A stretch of 64,000 bases of DNA. It comes from Squalus acanthias. Taxonomy: Eukaryota. The stretch lies in contig JASTWF010000036.1 in NCBI GenBank assembly GCA_030390025.1, positions 4,032,001 through 4,096,000 on the forward strand, given 5' to 3'. Of this stretch, positions 63,717 to 64,000 are shown in pieces; positions within the stretch are counted from its first letter, which is position 1; each line of letters starts with the position of its first letter. A program made the translations under genes and the position numbers. Below the pieces are notes generated by a model. That model did no database searches and had not been told where the DNA came from. It saw only the letters and a list, made by a program, of their open reading frames with translations.

Positions 63717-64000
63717 ATGAGAGGTGATCTCATTGAAACATACAAGATTCTGAGGGGGATTGACAGGGTAGATGCAGGGAGGATGTTTCCCCTGGCTGGA
63801 GAGTCTAGAACCAGGGGTCACAGTCTCAGAATAAGGGGTTGGCCATTTAGGACTGAGACGAGGAGAAATTTCTTCACTCAGAGGGCTGTGAATCTTTGGA
63901 ATTCTCTACCCCAGAGGGCTGTGGCGGCTCAGTCGTTGAGTATATTCAAGGCTGAGATCGATAGATTTTTGGACTCTCGGGAAATCAAGGGATATGGGGA
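63717..64000 (+). mobile_element. CR1 LINE fragment running off the window
   Basis: Highly similar to 31423-31705. Confidence 0.85.

Overview
Repeat-rich vertebrate genomic DNA, most likely from a cartilaginous fish (inferred from Deu-domain SacSINE1-like SINEs and shark-type CR1/L2/Penelope fragments). About half the window is two co-oriented arrays of a 42-43 bp satellite (7964-24883 and 46461-63057), each ending at a 200-N scaffold gap. The monomer is recognisably the reverse complement of the CR1 LINE 3' end, copies of which are dispersed in the same window. Between the arrays is a ~21 kb island with one clear protein-coding gene, an intronless reprimo-family gene (43717-44040, minus strand), with a compact TATA/CCAAT/CRE promoter and an upstream ORF that overlaps its start codon. 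The rest is nested, decayed mobile DNA: SINEs, CR1, L2, a Vingi-like fragment, MITEs, a solo LTR and Penelope-like elements carrying minimal hammerhead-ribozyme motifs, one of them forming a ~245 bp inverted repeat. The long ORFs in the arrays are artefacts of a stop-free 42-bp unit. Family names come from my recognition of the sequence, not from database searches. Repeat boundaries are approximate.
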